Of a DNA stretch of 64,000 bases, positions 25,566 to 39,265 are shown in pieces. The stretch comes from Leucoraja ocellata (taxonomy: Eukaryota), in the NCBI GenBank assembly GCA_036785375.1, contig JAWMAR010001507.1:186001-250000 (forward strand), in the 5' to 3' direction. Made by a program: the position numbers and the translations under genes. The notes under the pieces are model-generated. The model saw only the letters and a list, made by a program, of their open reading frames with translations, made no database searches and had not been told where the DNA came from. Within the stretch, counting starts at the first letter, position 1. Each line of letters opens with the position of its first letter.

Positions 25566-26934
25566 CGTATGCAGAGATAGTGACAAATGTGTTACTTGGT
25601 GTCACTTGGTGTCTTTTGTGTAAAGCAGCATCTCCAGTTCCTTGCCGCTACATACATTTTCCATCTGTCGTTATTAAATATTCAGTATTGTTTCAAACTC
25701 TGGTACATTCAGGAGGGCAGTGAAAATAAAAAATCACTGCAGATTCTAGAAATCTAAAGAAAAATCAGACAATGCTGTGGTTACTAAGGCCCGGCCATCA
25801 TTGTTGGATGAGAAACAGAGTTAATGTTTCATGTCAAAGACCCTTCATCAGAGCTCCATTGTCAGTCCTGATGAAGGGTCTTTGACAAACTTGAATTCTG
25901 TTTCTCTTCCCACAGATGCTGCCTGAGCTGCTGAGTATCGCCAGCATTTCCTGTTTTTAGTATGGCAAGCTATTTGCTTCAAAACTGAAACACCACCTGC
26001 ATTCCAATAACGAACAGCACATTGAAAATTATCCGATAATACTGTATTATACAAGGATTCTTATTTTACAAATGCAAAGTGCTTTCTTCAAGAAATCTCA
26101 CCAGACGAAAGCTGATCCACATGAATAAGTTAAAATATTTTCTGTAAATAATGTGCATTAGAGAATGTACAAAGTTTAAATAAGCTCCAGCTAAAGTGCA
26201 AGATTTACGTTAAAAAACTGTGGTGTACTCAGGCTAAATTACAGAAAATGGATGATGATTTTCTATTAATTGAAGTAATTTGTTGAAGGCAGTAGGCATA
26301 TGTGATTCTTGGAGGTGAAACAGCTACATAAACATTTTATGCCTGCTAATGCTTCTGACAACTAAACATATTTTTGCTGCTGCTGCTGCAAAAAAAAAAA
26401 AATAGCTTACAGTTAAAATCTGCAAAATGGCAGTTGTTTTAAAATCAGGGCATTGCTTTTGAGGGAGTATGTTAGGTCAGCAAGAATGGTTGTTGGGTGA
26501 ATGAGACTCTTTATGAGTCACGACATGGTAACAGCATTTTAGAAGGCCTCAATTGCATGGAATGTGTAGCGGGGAGGCAAGCCAGGAGTGCATCAGAATA
26601 CTCTAGTCCGGAAAAAAAACCATTACGTGACTGAGGTATATTGGCAGCTCATGCTGTAAAGGCAAGGACTGAACTTGGCGATTTCATAGAGGCTAGAGAA
26701 CTATATAGTTGTAGAAACAGCACAGCTACAATGTCCAAAACTGAACCAGGGCCAAACGTGTCCACAAGTCTGTGAAGAGTTTGCTTAAGTTTCATACTAT
26801 GCCAGGGAGAGGGATGATGTCAGCCATTGGCAAATAGAGTGGGGGACTAAGATGACAGCCTCCGTCTTCCCAATCTAACTGGAGGAAATCTCCGCTCATA
26901 TAGTTCTGAATGTCAGCCAAAGAATTACACCATT

Positions 26935-27245
26935 AATAGATAGAACTAGATAGAATGAATGCACATGGTATTTTCCCAGGGTATGGGGAATCACGTACCA
27001 GAGGACATAGGTATAAATTGAGAGGGAAAAGATTTACTAGGAATAATTTAATAACAACTTTTTCACACAGAGGGTGCTGGGTATATGGACTGAGCTGCCT
27101 GATGAGGTAGTTGAGGCAGGTACTATAGCAACATTTAAAAGACAATTGGACAGGTACATAATGGTACATAAAAGGTTCCGAGGAATAATGGCCAAACACG
27201 GACAAATGGGACCAGCTTAGATGGGGCATCTTGGTCGGCATTGGG
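26935..27245 (+). mobile_element. CR1-type LINE 3' fragment
   Basis: ttttcacacagagggtg...gagctgcctgatgaggtagttgaggcagg. Confidence 0.75.
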
Positions 27246-28284
27246 GTGAAAAGAAGTGGTGGTGAGGTAACATTGCTGTACATGCAAAAAAAAGACGTGT
27301 TTTTTTAATGGGCCATGAAGCGAGCATGTAGATTAGCAATAGGAAGGCATCAAATTTAGATCCCTGTAGAACACCAGGTGGAACACTGTGGATACTTGAA
27401 GTAGTGTAATTGCTGACAATACTCTTGCTACAACAATAAGATTGAATACAATCATGTCAGTGCAGTCCCATCCAGATAAACAGTATGGTGCAGTAAAATA
27501 TAGCAGCACGGTGGAGTGGTCAATCTTGTCTAAGGCTGCAAAGTAATTAATAATGACAAGCAAGTACACAATCACAATCACATAGGACATAATTTGTGAT
27601 TTAGGTTTGCACTGCTTGTGTAGCAAGACAGAATTGTTCCAAGTAAGAATGCAGCTAAATTGGAGGATAGAACACATTTAAGAACTTTGGAGAGAAAACA
27701 CAGTCTGGAGACAGAAGGTAGCTTGGATGGATGGAAGAGGCAAAAATTAATTCTTTGAGACCAGTGATGGCAACAGACTTAGAAAAAAAGGAACCAGTAT
27801 CTGAGGAGAGAACTCTCTTGCCTTCTGCTGCTTCCTACTCCATTAGTTTCATCTTACTTGCACCATCTCCAGACATACTTGGAATAATCTAATAATCTCC
27901 ACGATCTCCAGACATACTGAGATCATAATTGTTAGCCACACCACCTCCTCCCCTTGAGCCTGTCACTCTCTCTGTGTGTCTGCCTCTGCCTCCTTCATTA
28001 TCTCTCCACTTGCATGTACACCTTTTTCTGCACTGGTGCACTGCACAACCTGCACACCATGGCATAATTGCTGCACGTGTGTACACAAATTCTTTGATGT
28101 CATGTAGCTGTGCTTATTTGATAATCCAATGCAAAGCCCTTAAAAAAGTGAATAGATGTAACAAAAGGGCAGAGCAAACTGGAACTAATCAACACATTTG
28201 TCACTTTGACAATTGCATATGTGCAATGCTCTCCCTAATTGCAGAATGTATAAAACTGTAATTCAGCCTTTTAAATACTTTTAA

Positions 28285-28563
28285 TCAAATAAACTTCAGG
28301 GAGTTCCGCAAGTTGCTCCAGCATTTTGTGTCTATCTTTGATATAAACCAGCATCTGCAGCTCCTTATTATTATATTTTAACTGTTCCACTGGAAAATGT
28401 CTTCAGGGTACGCCTATTTTGAAGAAATTCTCCTCTCTCTGAAGGGAGCTCTTTGAGACCTTCTCTCACTGCTCCCCCTCTGTGATGCCTACTGCTCCCT
28501 GGCTCTATGACGTTCCAGGGATGCTGCCTGACCCACTGAGTTACTCCGGAATTTTATGTCTAT
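28285..28563 (+). mobile_element. PLE-related element with directly repeated pLTR pieces
   Basis: Two same-orientation copies of the gttactccagcattttgtgtctat arm separated by a spacer; exact 17-bp flanking duplication at 28268-28284 and 28564-28580. Confidence 0.6.
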
Positions 28564-30449
28564 CTTTTAAATACTTTTAAGATGTCGTCGCCATTGTAAT
28601 ATGCTAAATCCAACTGCTAACATGCACAGGAACTCCCAAACAAGACATGATAAAATTGAGTGATGTTGGTTAACTTGCTTTCAAAATATGTTACACATTT
28701 GTTAGCATATGCACGAGAAATCAAACAAGGCTTCAGTTTAATAGCTGATGTGACAAAAAGACTGACAATGCAGCACTCCTTCAGTAACACGTTGGATTGT
28801 TAATGGAGAATTTTATCCTAACGTTGCTAGTTCAGTTGGACCTGAACATCATCTACTGTCTACTTGAGGCAGAAATAATTTTAAAAGTCCTGGGCAACTT
28901 TAAAAACTTGGAGAATATTTCAACTCACAAATAAGAGAATCAAGGATTCTGCGGAATCAAGGGATATGGGGAGAAAACAGGAAAGAGGTATTGATTTTGG
29001 ATGATCAGCCATGATCACATTGAATGGCACCGCTGGCTCAAAGGGTCAAATGACCCACTCCTGCACCTATTTTCTATGTATCTAAGATTTTTTCAAATAC
29101 GCTATTTTTATGTAAATTTTGTAAAACTGTAAATACACCATACACTGTGAAACATTTTGGCAGCACAAACAATATACAGCAATTTTGCATCAGTTGAGTG
29201 AATGAATCTGTGGCCTATAGTGGTAATTAGGACATGAATCATAGGAATTAATAAATGATATCCTAACCAAGTTGTCTTTATTTAGGCCAAGCAGCAGAGT
29301 CAGTGCAACTTCACAGTAGTGCAAATGCAAGCAGCAACCTTATTATTTCCTTGTAACTCAATGAAAATTTAGACTCATATTGGTAGTCTAAAACACGAAT
29401 AAAGAATGAATACCTGCCTCTGGTTGCTGGTGGGGTTTTTTTAAAGGATACTATTATATAACTTTTGTGTGCTTCTCACAATTATGAAGCATCTCGATAT
29501 GTTCTAATATGTTGCAAATACAAATTGACACTCCTAACCTGAACAATTGTTTGGGGTCCAAAAAGAATAGATGAGCTACAGGGCAAGGGCTAAGGAATGG
29601 CATTGGTTTAAACTAGTCTTGCAGAGAACTGGCACTAGCTACAGAAGCCAAATATCTGGCATCTGAGTTACACCGATACTATGATACTAAAGGTTTATGC
29701 TGTATGACCATTTCACAACCAGATGCCCAAACTCCACCAATTCAGCGAGGGGCTTCACAGGTAAGTAATACCAAAGCTACATCTCCTCTCTACAATTCAA
29801 CATCTCTCTGCAAAAGATAATGATCCAGAATAGAAAGACACCGATCCTTTTGTTTACTATATGAAAAATTTGTTGATTTTAGTATCCAATTTATATCAAC
29901 TAACATAAAAAATTACAAAACGCAAAAAAAACAGGTGAAAGTAACACCTGCTGTCAGAGGTGCAGATCATATGCAGCGAGCAATGGTGATATTCTTTAAA
30001 ATGACGCAATGAAAGACTTAAATCAAACGTTGCAAAGTGACACCACTTTTTAGCTGATGGCTATCTTAACAATTAATCTTTTAACACATTCCAAGTTGTT
30101 ATTCTATTTAGAGCATTTTGGCACTGATTTGGATTTTGGTTGCTTTTGAAATGGCACCATAGAAGTCAATAGTATGCTTTCCTCATTTTAATAGCTTTCT
30201 CTTTTTTGAATAGGAAATTAACTGTAAAGGCCTAATTTGTGTTGCTTAAATTAATTTAAAGGAAAGATGTTCTCAAGTATTTATTACTATTTCCCTCAAT
30301 ACATCCAATTTACAAAAAGCCACACCAAATGATTAATTACAGATAAAGATACATTTACCCCGCTGTGAAATCGGAAAGAAAAAAAGCATCCTACTTATTA
30401 ACATCTTCTCAACATATAACTGATTTGTATTTATCTGGGTCTGGATGTC

Positions 30450-32190
30450 AATGGTAAGCCCTGCATTTATACCGCACACCATCTTGCTCATAATGAGGTC
30501 ATGATGTGTCATATTTTGAAATTGCTGCAGTCTGTCTGAAGATGACACTCCCATACTGCTATTAAGTCAGGGTTCCAGGATTTAGAGCAACTTTGAAACT
30601 GATTGCGTTGGCCTGGATATGCAGAACTTATCGAGAGTTGTTGGAGCTGCACTCACCACCTCTGTATAGCTTGACAGCAGTTGGTGCTTTAGTATTTACA
30701 TAGCTGGTCCAGAGGAGCTTCTGATCAGTGACGGCACCTAGGATGTTGATGGTGAGGGATTCAGCAATGAATGTCATTGAATGTCAAGCCATTGAATGGC
30801 AGGGTAGGTATCTAGAAACTTTACTATTGGAAGTGATCATTGCCTGGCACCTTTGTGGTTTAAATGCATTCCCATATTATTTTAACAACATTATCCTAGT
30901 TAGTCTATGCCAGCTCTTTTATTTTAATCAGTCACAATTCCCCACTTATTTCCCAGTAATCTATTCATCTTATCAATTCTCGGCACCCACCCACACTAGG
31001 GGTAATTTACAGTAGTCAATTAACCTTGTGGGACATTTTGGGGATTTGGAGAAAACCCAAAGGAAACCTACACGGTGTAAGCGCCACACACGCACGGGGC
31101 AACAGGCCACAGGAATGTGCAGCAGCTGCGCAAGCCACTGCATTGCCTATGGTACTTGCCATTCATCACCCCATACTTCAATGTAGTCTAGGTCTTGCTG
31201 TGTGTAAAGATAAGCTGCTTTGTTCGCTGAGTTGGGAATGGAATTAAACATTCTGTAACTGTCAGCAAACATATCAAAGCTACACATCCCCTCTACAATT
31301 CAACATCTCTCTGCAAAAGATAATGATCTTATTTTTGGCCCATGGATTCCATGCCAAGTTTTGATCACCCATTCACTGTGTCGCTTTGTTATCCCACTTT
31401 CCATCCACTCCCTACACACTAGGGGCAATTTTCCGATGGCCAATTCACCTACATTTACTCACCCATCTTTGGGAGGTGGGAGGAAACCGGAGCACCTGGA
31501 GGAAACCCATACGGTCACGGGGAGAACATGCAAACTCCACATTGACAGCACCCAAGCTCAAGTTCGAACACGGGTGAGGCAGCAACTCTACCAGCTGCGC
31601 CAGTGTGCCATCCTATGCCGCAATGGATGAAAGGTCATTAAAAAAAATAGGCAGAGATGGTCAGGCCCAGAACACTACCCTGAATAACTTCTGCATTGGT
31701 ATCCTGGAGCTGGAATAATAAACCTCCAATAACCATAACTTCTCTCTTAGGTAATAACTCTAACCACTGGAGTTTTTTTCCCTGATGCCTGATAACTTAA
31801 TTTTAATAGGGTTCCTTGATGCAACTCTCAATCAAAGACTGGCTTGATGTCAAGAGCATTCACTGTCACTTTATCTTTGGAAACAGTTCTTTGGTCCAAG
31901 TTTGGGCCAGGACTGTGATAACGTCTGGAGCAGAATAGATCTTGCTAAACTGGCTACCGCTGAACAAATTATCGATAGATTCTGTGTAACAGCACTGTCA
32001 TTATTCCTTCCGTCGCTTGCTGATGAGAGAATTGATTGATTGGGCAATAATTAATTGGAGTGACCTGCTTTTTGTGAACGGGACATACCTGGGCAATTTT
32101 CCAGCATGTCAGATGGATGCCAGTGTTGTAACTGTACATGAACAGCTTGATCAGAAGTTCAGCTTATTCTGGAGAGCACGTTTTTCGACG
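30450..32190 (-). mobile_element. Old CR1-clade LINE RT/3' remnant with nested SINEs
   Basis: RT motif MFAD on the minus strand at about 31261-31270 and LDIK near 31843; interrupted by SINE pieces at about 30990-31145 and 31366-31612. Confidence 0.65.
31366..31612 (-). mobile_element. HE1/V-SINE
   Basis: ggaggaaaccggagcacctggaggaaaccca...gggagaacatgcaaactccac (reverse V-domain). Confidence 0.85.
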
Positions 32191-32959
32191 TGAATGTTGC
32201 AATTATGTTATGTTCATAGTTACACATGTTGGTTATTATGCATTCAAAGTTTTCTTTTACTGTTGCCATCCTAGCACAATTTCATCAAGACTTTCTATAA
32301 AATTGGTAATGAACCAGTGTCAATTTAGTGACTCCCTTTCAACACTGCAATTATATCTTATGCCAAGTAGAACATGTTTAAACTCTTGTAACACAATGTG
32401 CAAAATGTGAAGGGACAAGGAGTAATCTGAAATTAAAGTATAACAAATTAAGTTCAATTAAAGAAATATATAATACATAAATATTAAGGCATTACTGTCT
32501 AATGAATCTGATTAGTCTCAGGACTATGTTGGGAACAATTCAATTTGGAGTGTAATTGTTGTATTTCATCTTAATTTCAAATTTAAATTTCTGTCAAGGA
32601 AATCTGTCATCCTTTCCTGGTATTTTATGTCACTGTGGACCCATCAATTTTCTTAACCATCTCCTCAGTTGACAGTAAGTAGGAGTGGACAATAATTGTT
32701 GCTCCCATGCAACATGTCCATATCTATGAATGAATATAATAAAACAACTCAGTGAATGTAGATAGCACTAAAGTGAATGCCCTAATTACAGATGTTGATG
32801 TTGAGTTTTCCTTCATATAAACCCTCATAAAATGGGGTGTCTTTTAAAATGGGATGTCTCTCAAATAGCTAATTTACAAAGGCTACCTCATAAAAATCGT
32901 ACTTTGAGAAAAATAATAGGAAAAAGTTACAACTCTCAGAATATGGTTATAAAAATTAA

Positions 32960-33260
32960 CAGGCCTAATATATAAGGTAATAAGTAATGTCTAAGTTAGC
33001 AATAGAAGATGCTAAAGAAAATAAGAAAATGGGACCAGGAATCAGGAGTGGGCCACTGTTCACCTCACACCTTCCCATTGTTAAAAGTGATAATGGCTGC
33101 TCTGTGCCAGGCCTCATCTTTCTGTGCCATTTCCCATAGCACTCAACACTCTGATGCTTCAAGAATGTATCTACTTCCATTTAGATACCCCCAATGATCC
33201 AGCCTCCACAACTCCAGGGTAGATAATTCCAGAGAATCGTTACCCTCTCTACAAGAAGGC
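32960..33260 (-). mobile_element. Old CR1-type LINE 3' fragment
   Basis: aggagtgggcca...ataatggctg...cagcctccaca...ttccagagaat, the reverse CR1 3' end. Confidence 0.6.
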
Positions 33261-34669
33261 ACTTAGTAGTGTGCATGGCAACATTCCACAAATGCTATTG
33301 TTTTTCATCAGTTACGTTTATTTTCTCTGTACTGGTACCGTTGGTTCATCTTTCTTCAACCCTTTACTACTTATTGTTTCTGAAATTTTGACTGACATAT
33401 ATTCCTTATGAATATTGCATTCTGGATGATAATCAGGTTACAATGGAAAATAATTACATTTAAGAGGATTAAGGCTTTATTCTTTGAAATGAGCACTGTT
33501 GAAACCAAATGTGAGAATTATCCCACTTTTCAAAAATTCTGCTTAAGATTTGATCAGTTTAGGTGTAAAAATATTACTCAGTCCATGCTTGCCACATTGG
33601 AATTAGTCTTGCAAAGCGTAAAACTGGATTATTTATAAACAATATGTACCAAAGATGACATTGAAATTGAAAGTGTTCTAATAAATTTGGGTATTATGTC
33701 TGATAATTATTTTATGATACTATGAATTTTAATTTGCCACCATCCAATTATTGTAGCTGTAACCTCAATACATTCAGAGGTAAACCAGGGTCATTATTTA
33801 TCAAGTAAATCTGGTATTCAGATTATACACTTGCTCATTTCAATTTGATATTATGTTACTCTACTCTGTTCATTAAGCACATCAAACATTAATAATGGAA
33901 AATTATGTTAAAATATGTAGAAGATGTTTCGCCAAACTATAGTTAAAAATACTCAAACGTGCTTGGACCTTTGAATTAACATTAAAAAGTGATACAAACA
34001 ATAGTATTGAGAATCAAAATGTACAATTAACTGCAAAATAACAACTATGTTTGAATGTAAATCCCATTGGAATGAAAGCATGACATGATCAAGGACTAAT
34101 TAGTAAGATTACAAATTCTAAAACTTTGGTTTTGCTCTCCTGAAAAATAATTGGATTCATAACATCCAACCAACCGTTGCAGTTTTATTCCGTTATAAAA
34201 ACAAATAATTTCCTTAAAAAATTGAAATATGGCATTAGACAATTTAAACATTCGAAACAGCATGACTTAACTGACTTCAGAAAGTGAGTAACACAAAAGT
34301 CTTAAACAAATATTCAGCCTTTGTTTCAAATATATATGTAATAATCTGGTTGCAATTTAAATCTGGCTCTGTTCAAAGTGATCAGTTGATTGTATTATGT
34401 TTAGTCACAGTAAAACAACATGTTTTGTGTAATTTGGTCTTGACTGGCTAGCTATTTAATATCTGATAAAGACACTGATTAAATTGTGAACCCTACAATA
34501 TCAAGCCTCTATAACAACGGGTGAATTGTTAAATTTGAGTCGGGGTTGGCCAAGGGAACTCTGGACGATCAGGAAGGTTCTAAATTTGGTCAAAAAGGAA
34601 ATGTAAGATTTAAGGAAGATGAAATTAGACAGGCCCTTTGAGCAACATAAAGGAGGCACATGAAGGGTC

Positions 34670-35850
34670 ATTGGCAAGTTGGATTTCTCAACTTCCTCAT
34701 CAACAGAACACAATCTGTACGAATTGGCAGCAACACTTCCTGTTCGATAGCCATCAGCACAAGAGCACCTCAAGGCCATGTGGTCAGTCCCCAGCTCTAT
34801 TCACTCCATACCCAAGGCTGGGTAGCACGACACAGTTCCAGCTCATTCTTCAAATTCTCCAACAACACCACCGTTGTTGGACGGATTACGCATGATGAAT
34901 AGTCAGAGTATTGGGGGGGGGCGGGGGGGGGAGATCAATTGAGTGACTGAACGGTGCCAGAACAACAATGTTGCTCCCAACGTCAGTATATCCAAGGAAC
35001 TGATTGTTGACTTTAGTAGAGAAAGGCCAAAGATCTACCAAACTGTCTTCGATGGGAGTCAAAAACTTCAAATTCCTGAGTGTGTATATCTCTGAAGATC
35101 TGTCATGGGCCCAGAACATTGATGCAATCATAAAGAAAGCCCAACAATGCCTCTACTTCCTTAGAAGATTCAGGACATTTGGCATGTCTTGAACTTCTGA
35201 GCTAGATAGGGCTCTTAAAGATAGCGGAGTCAGGGGATATGTGGAGAAGGCAGGAACGGGGTACTGATTGGGGATGATCAGCCATGATCACATTGAATGG
35301 TGCTGCTGGCTCGAAGGGCCGACTGGCCTACTCCTGCACCTATTGTCTATTGGCTATTGGGTACAGTCGAGACCATATTGACTGATTGCATCACGACCTG
35401 ATTCGGCCCAGGAACGAAGAAAATTTAAAAAAAGTAGTGAACACTGCCTCGACAATCACGGGTACTGACCTCCTCACCATTGAAGGGATCTACAGGAGTT
35501 GCTGCCTCAAATGGGGAGCCAGCATGATCAGGGACCCACACCACCCTGGCAATGCACTCATTTCACCTCTGCCAGTGGGAAGAAAGTACAGGAGCCTGAA
35601 AACTGTACCGCCTTCCCAACAACCATCGGGGCTATTAAACACTACAGCCTACAACTAGGCTACATAGACTTTGTAAACATTGTTTTATTTATCTTTGCAC
35701 TATTATTGTTTGTTTGTTTTTTTATACACTCAACTTCTTTTTGTTGTTTATTATGGTGTTTACAGAGTATTATATTCAAATATCTGTGTTCTGCTACAAG
35801 AAAGAATTATATTGCTCTGCTTTAGTACATATGACAATAAAACAATCTTG
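34670..35850 (+). mobile_element. Rex1/Babar-type LINE RT remnant with nested CR1 3' end (35200-35357)
   Basis: APQGHVVSPQLYSLHT, KFSNNTTVVG (decayed KFADD), KKAQQCLYFLRR, RDPHHPGNALISPLP. Confidence 0.85.
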
Positions 35851-36590
35851 ATTAAAGAAAATCCCAAGGCTTTTGTTGCGTACGCATAAAACAAGAGAGT
35901 AACTCGGAAAGAAATTGAACCATTCAAGGATAAAGGAGGTAATCTATACCTGGAGGTAGAAGACGTAGGCAAAGTACTAAATGGGTATTTGAATATGTAT
36001 TCTACAAGGAGAAGGACATAGAACATAGTGAGATTGGTGTGGGGTATACTAATATATCATGGGAGTCTGACATCAAGGATGAGGTGGTGATGGGTCTCTT
36101 AAAGCATTAAGATAGATAAATTCCTAGGACAACATGGGATCTATCCCAGGTTACTGAGAGGTTTACCAGTATGCTGCCTGTATTAGAGGGTATTAGCTAT
36201 AAGGAGGCTGAACAAACTTGGATTGTTTTCTCTGGAATGTCAGAAGTTGTGGGAAGACCTGATAGAAGTATATGAAATTAGGAGAGGCATTGATAAGAGT
36301 TGACAGTCAGAACACCTTCACCAGTATGGAAATGTCAAAGACTAGAGGGGGTAACTTTAAGATTAGAGGAACAAAGTTTAAAGGAAATGTGTAGGGCAAC
36401 ATTTTTTTCACAGAGTGGAGTGTATCTGGAACGGTCCCAGGGGTGGTGGTGGAAGCACATTTGCCGAAACTTTTAGATAGACACGCGGATATTCAAGGAT
36501 CTTGGGATCTGGATCACGTGCAGGCAGAGGAAATGTGTTAAACTTGGCATCATGTTCAGCATAGACATTGTGGGTTGAAGGGCCTGTTTG
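35848..36590 (+). mobile_element. Internally deleted CR1-type LINE
   Basis: IKENPKAF..Y segment joined to an RFTSMLP...DLIEVY C-terminal segment and 3' UTR. Confidence 0.75.
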
Positions 36591-37199
36591 CACTCTTCTT
36601 CTTCCACTAGTTATCCCATTATATTATATTAGTAACATCCTCAAAAAAAAACTCCAGTAGATTTGGCTAGGCATATTTAAAGGGTCAATAGAAAGGTCAA
36701 GAACATTTCTTCTCCTGGGGTCTCTGGGCATTACTAAGCTCCGGCTTCACTTTCTATTGATTCAAGAAATCTAATACAATTATTAAAACCAAAACAAATA
36801 TTACTTTACTGCAATTGTATCTGACGTTGGCAATTTAGCAATTTTTGGAGTGCATCCTGAAATTTAAGTAGGGCTTTAGCTTTAACAACAGAAGGCTAAT
36901 GGCTTTGGATTTTCTCCTTTTTTTTATATAGTGTGTGCTAATTTACAAAAAACAAATTGCATCAAAAGAGGGAACTTCAATTCATCTTTCCTGAATGTAC
37001 AATGATGTAGTAATATGATGAAATAACACTATCCCAAAGAAAATTATAATTTAGTATTTGAAACAGAATTTAGGTTTCAATAAAACGTTCAATATTTTTA
37101 TTTTGCACTATCTTGAATTATAACATTTGATTTCAAACTCAACTCTATGGTTTATTGAATGGAGAGCAAAATGAAACAGCATGTTCTCTTTAACTAACC

Positions 37200-37866
37200 T
37201 CTTTAACAACTACCCCCCCCCCCCCCCCCCCCCCATCCGCTGTGCCCCGTCTGGACTTGCCCCTCTCCGCCCCCACCCTCCCCTTCCACCCACATTCCTT
37301 CCCAATTAGAAACTCTTCAATCTTTTTGTGTCACACCTTCTGTCATTTCATCCCTGGCCTTTGTCCACCATCTGCCTATCAAAACCCCCCCTCGCATGTA
37401 TCAACCTATGTGACATGCCAGACTTTGTCCTGCAGATGGACACAAAATGCTGGAGTAACTCAGCGGGACAGGCAGCTTCTCTGGGTAGAAGAAATGGGTG
37501 ACGTTACAGGCCAAGACCCTTCTTCAAAAGGTCTTCAGAAGAAGCGTCTGAAGAAGGGTCTCGACCCAAAACGTCACCCATATCTTCTCTCCAGAGATGC
37601 TGCCTGTCCCTCTGAGTTACTCCAGCATTTTCTGTCTATCTTAGGTGTAAACCATCATCTGCAGTTTCTTCCTACAGGCCTTGTCGTGCCCCATTCGCTC
37701 TTCCAGCCTTCTCCCCCACCCCCACCCCGCTTACAATCAATCTGACGGGTTCCAACCGAAAACATTATCTGTCCACGTTATCCACAGATCCTGCCTGACA
37801 GGCTGAGTTACCCCCGCGCTGTGTCCTTTTTTTTAATAACCGGCAACTGCAGTTCCATGTATGTAC
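37200..37866 (+). mobile_element. PLE pLTR with nested foldback copy (37434-37674)
   Basis: Pyrimidine-rich pLTR body ending in a decayed core (ctga..gggttccaaccgaaa); nested palindrome contains ctgaagaagggtctcgacccaaaacgtc at 37548-37575. Confidence 0.7.
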
Positions 37867-38980
37867 GCTGTTTTTTGTACCATCACAGAACTACATACAA
37901 GAGTGATTCCTCAAGCTTAAATGCTGAGCAACGTTACTTTATAATCATACATAAACTGGATGCAAATGATCAACCCGAACTAAATCTACATATTTTATTA
38001 TTCAATAAAATGTGACACCCAAAAACCTATCAATTCGAGGGGCATGGTTTATGCTACAACTGGTGAAAACAGGCATGCAATTTGGAAATACATGGTTACT
38101 CTTTCCATACTTGAGTGATGGCAACACATTCACTCAATCCAGTCTATGGTGCTTCAGCAATTCAGGATGAAGCGATGTATTAATCAAATAATCTTCATCA
38201 GTAAAAAGTATAACCGTTAACTAAGGGCTGGTGTTTGAGTGCATTAAGGAGCCTGCTAATGCAAAACAGACTGGTTGCCCTTTTCACTCTGTGACTTTGA
38301 TGCGACAGCTGCACATTTGGTTCCCAAAGAACGAGTTGCCCAGAGCCCAAGTTTTTTTGAAGGAACCACTTTCATCACAGTTAGTTGCTGAGCGTGAGTC
38401 AATCAGTCAAGTCAGTTTAAAATGGCTGTTCGCTCAGTGTGCCTGTCCACATGGTGAGACAGATCTAGCTGTGATCTCACATAAAAAGTAACACAAAACT
38501 GCTGGGGATTAACTGTGCATAGGAATGCATTTTCTCTCCCCAAACTGTATTGTTTTGGGAAAAAAAGTATTTGTTACAAAGATTACTTTTAAAACAAGTG
38601 ATAGCAAACTCTTCCCATGCCAGTAACAGTCCGTTTTTTTGTGCGCATAGAAAACAGCCCCTATGTTTAAGTAAATGCTTTCTTTCTCTATCGGGAGTCA
38701 GTCAGCGAGCTCGCCGGCTCCGTGCACTAGACGAGGCGGGGGAGTCAGCACATAAAGTTAAACGGCTGGAGCCCGTCAAGTGTTGGGAGGAAGTTGGCAG
38801 CAAAGATTATAGAAGAGCGCCTCTAGTATCTTCGGTTGGCAGCGGCTGCTCTTCGCTGGAGCTTCTTCTCTCGCTGCTTGCGTGCTTTGGTGCCCGGTCC
38901 GGTCCAGATGCCCGGAGGAGAGACTCTGGCTGCCCCGAGCACCGCGGGGAGGGGGAAGGGAAGGGGGGTTGCAGGGTGGA

Positions 38981-39143
38981 GGTGAGGGAGCGCGCGTGTC
39001 CCGGGGAGTGAGTGAGGGCGGGAGCGCGCGTGTCCCGGGGATTGAGTGAGTAAGGGGGGGGGGGGGGGGGGGGAGGCGCGCTCCCGCGTGTGTCCCGGGC
39101 AGGGGTGAGGGGAGGCGCGCTCCCGCGTGTGTCCCGGGCAGGG
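38981..39143. repeat. GC-rich minisatellite-like repeat with G20 run
   Basis: Four GTGTCCCGGG cores; two copies of gggaggcgcgctcccgcgtgtgtcccgggcaggg; G20 at 39054-39073. Confidence 0.8.
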
Positions 39144-39265
39144 ACGCATCAGCCGCCCGCCCGCCCGCCCGCTGACAGGAGCCCCGGAGCCGAACGGGGC
39201 GGGGGCGCCGGCAGCTGAGGCAAAGAAGCAGCGGCGGCTGCAGCGCACCGGAGGCTGGCACCTAC

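Noticed and set aside
26514-26520. AP-1 motif TGAGTCA (also 38395-38401)
   Set aside because: A 7-mer expected by chance several times in 64 kb; no independent support for an enhancer.
27865-27918. 15-bp direct repeat atctccagacatact
   Set aside because: Only two copies in decayed repeat-like sequence; not an array and not CRISPR-like.
37242-37745. 167-aa ORF and similar recurring 'KKGLDPKRHP' ORFs
   Set aside because: Chance translations of the non-coding pLTR repeat; they recur only because the repeat recurs.
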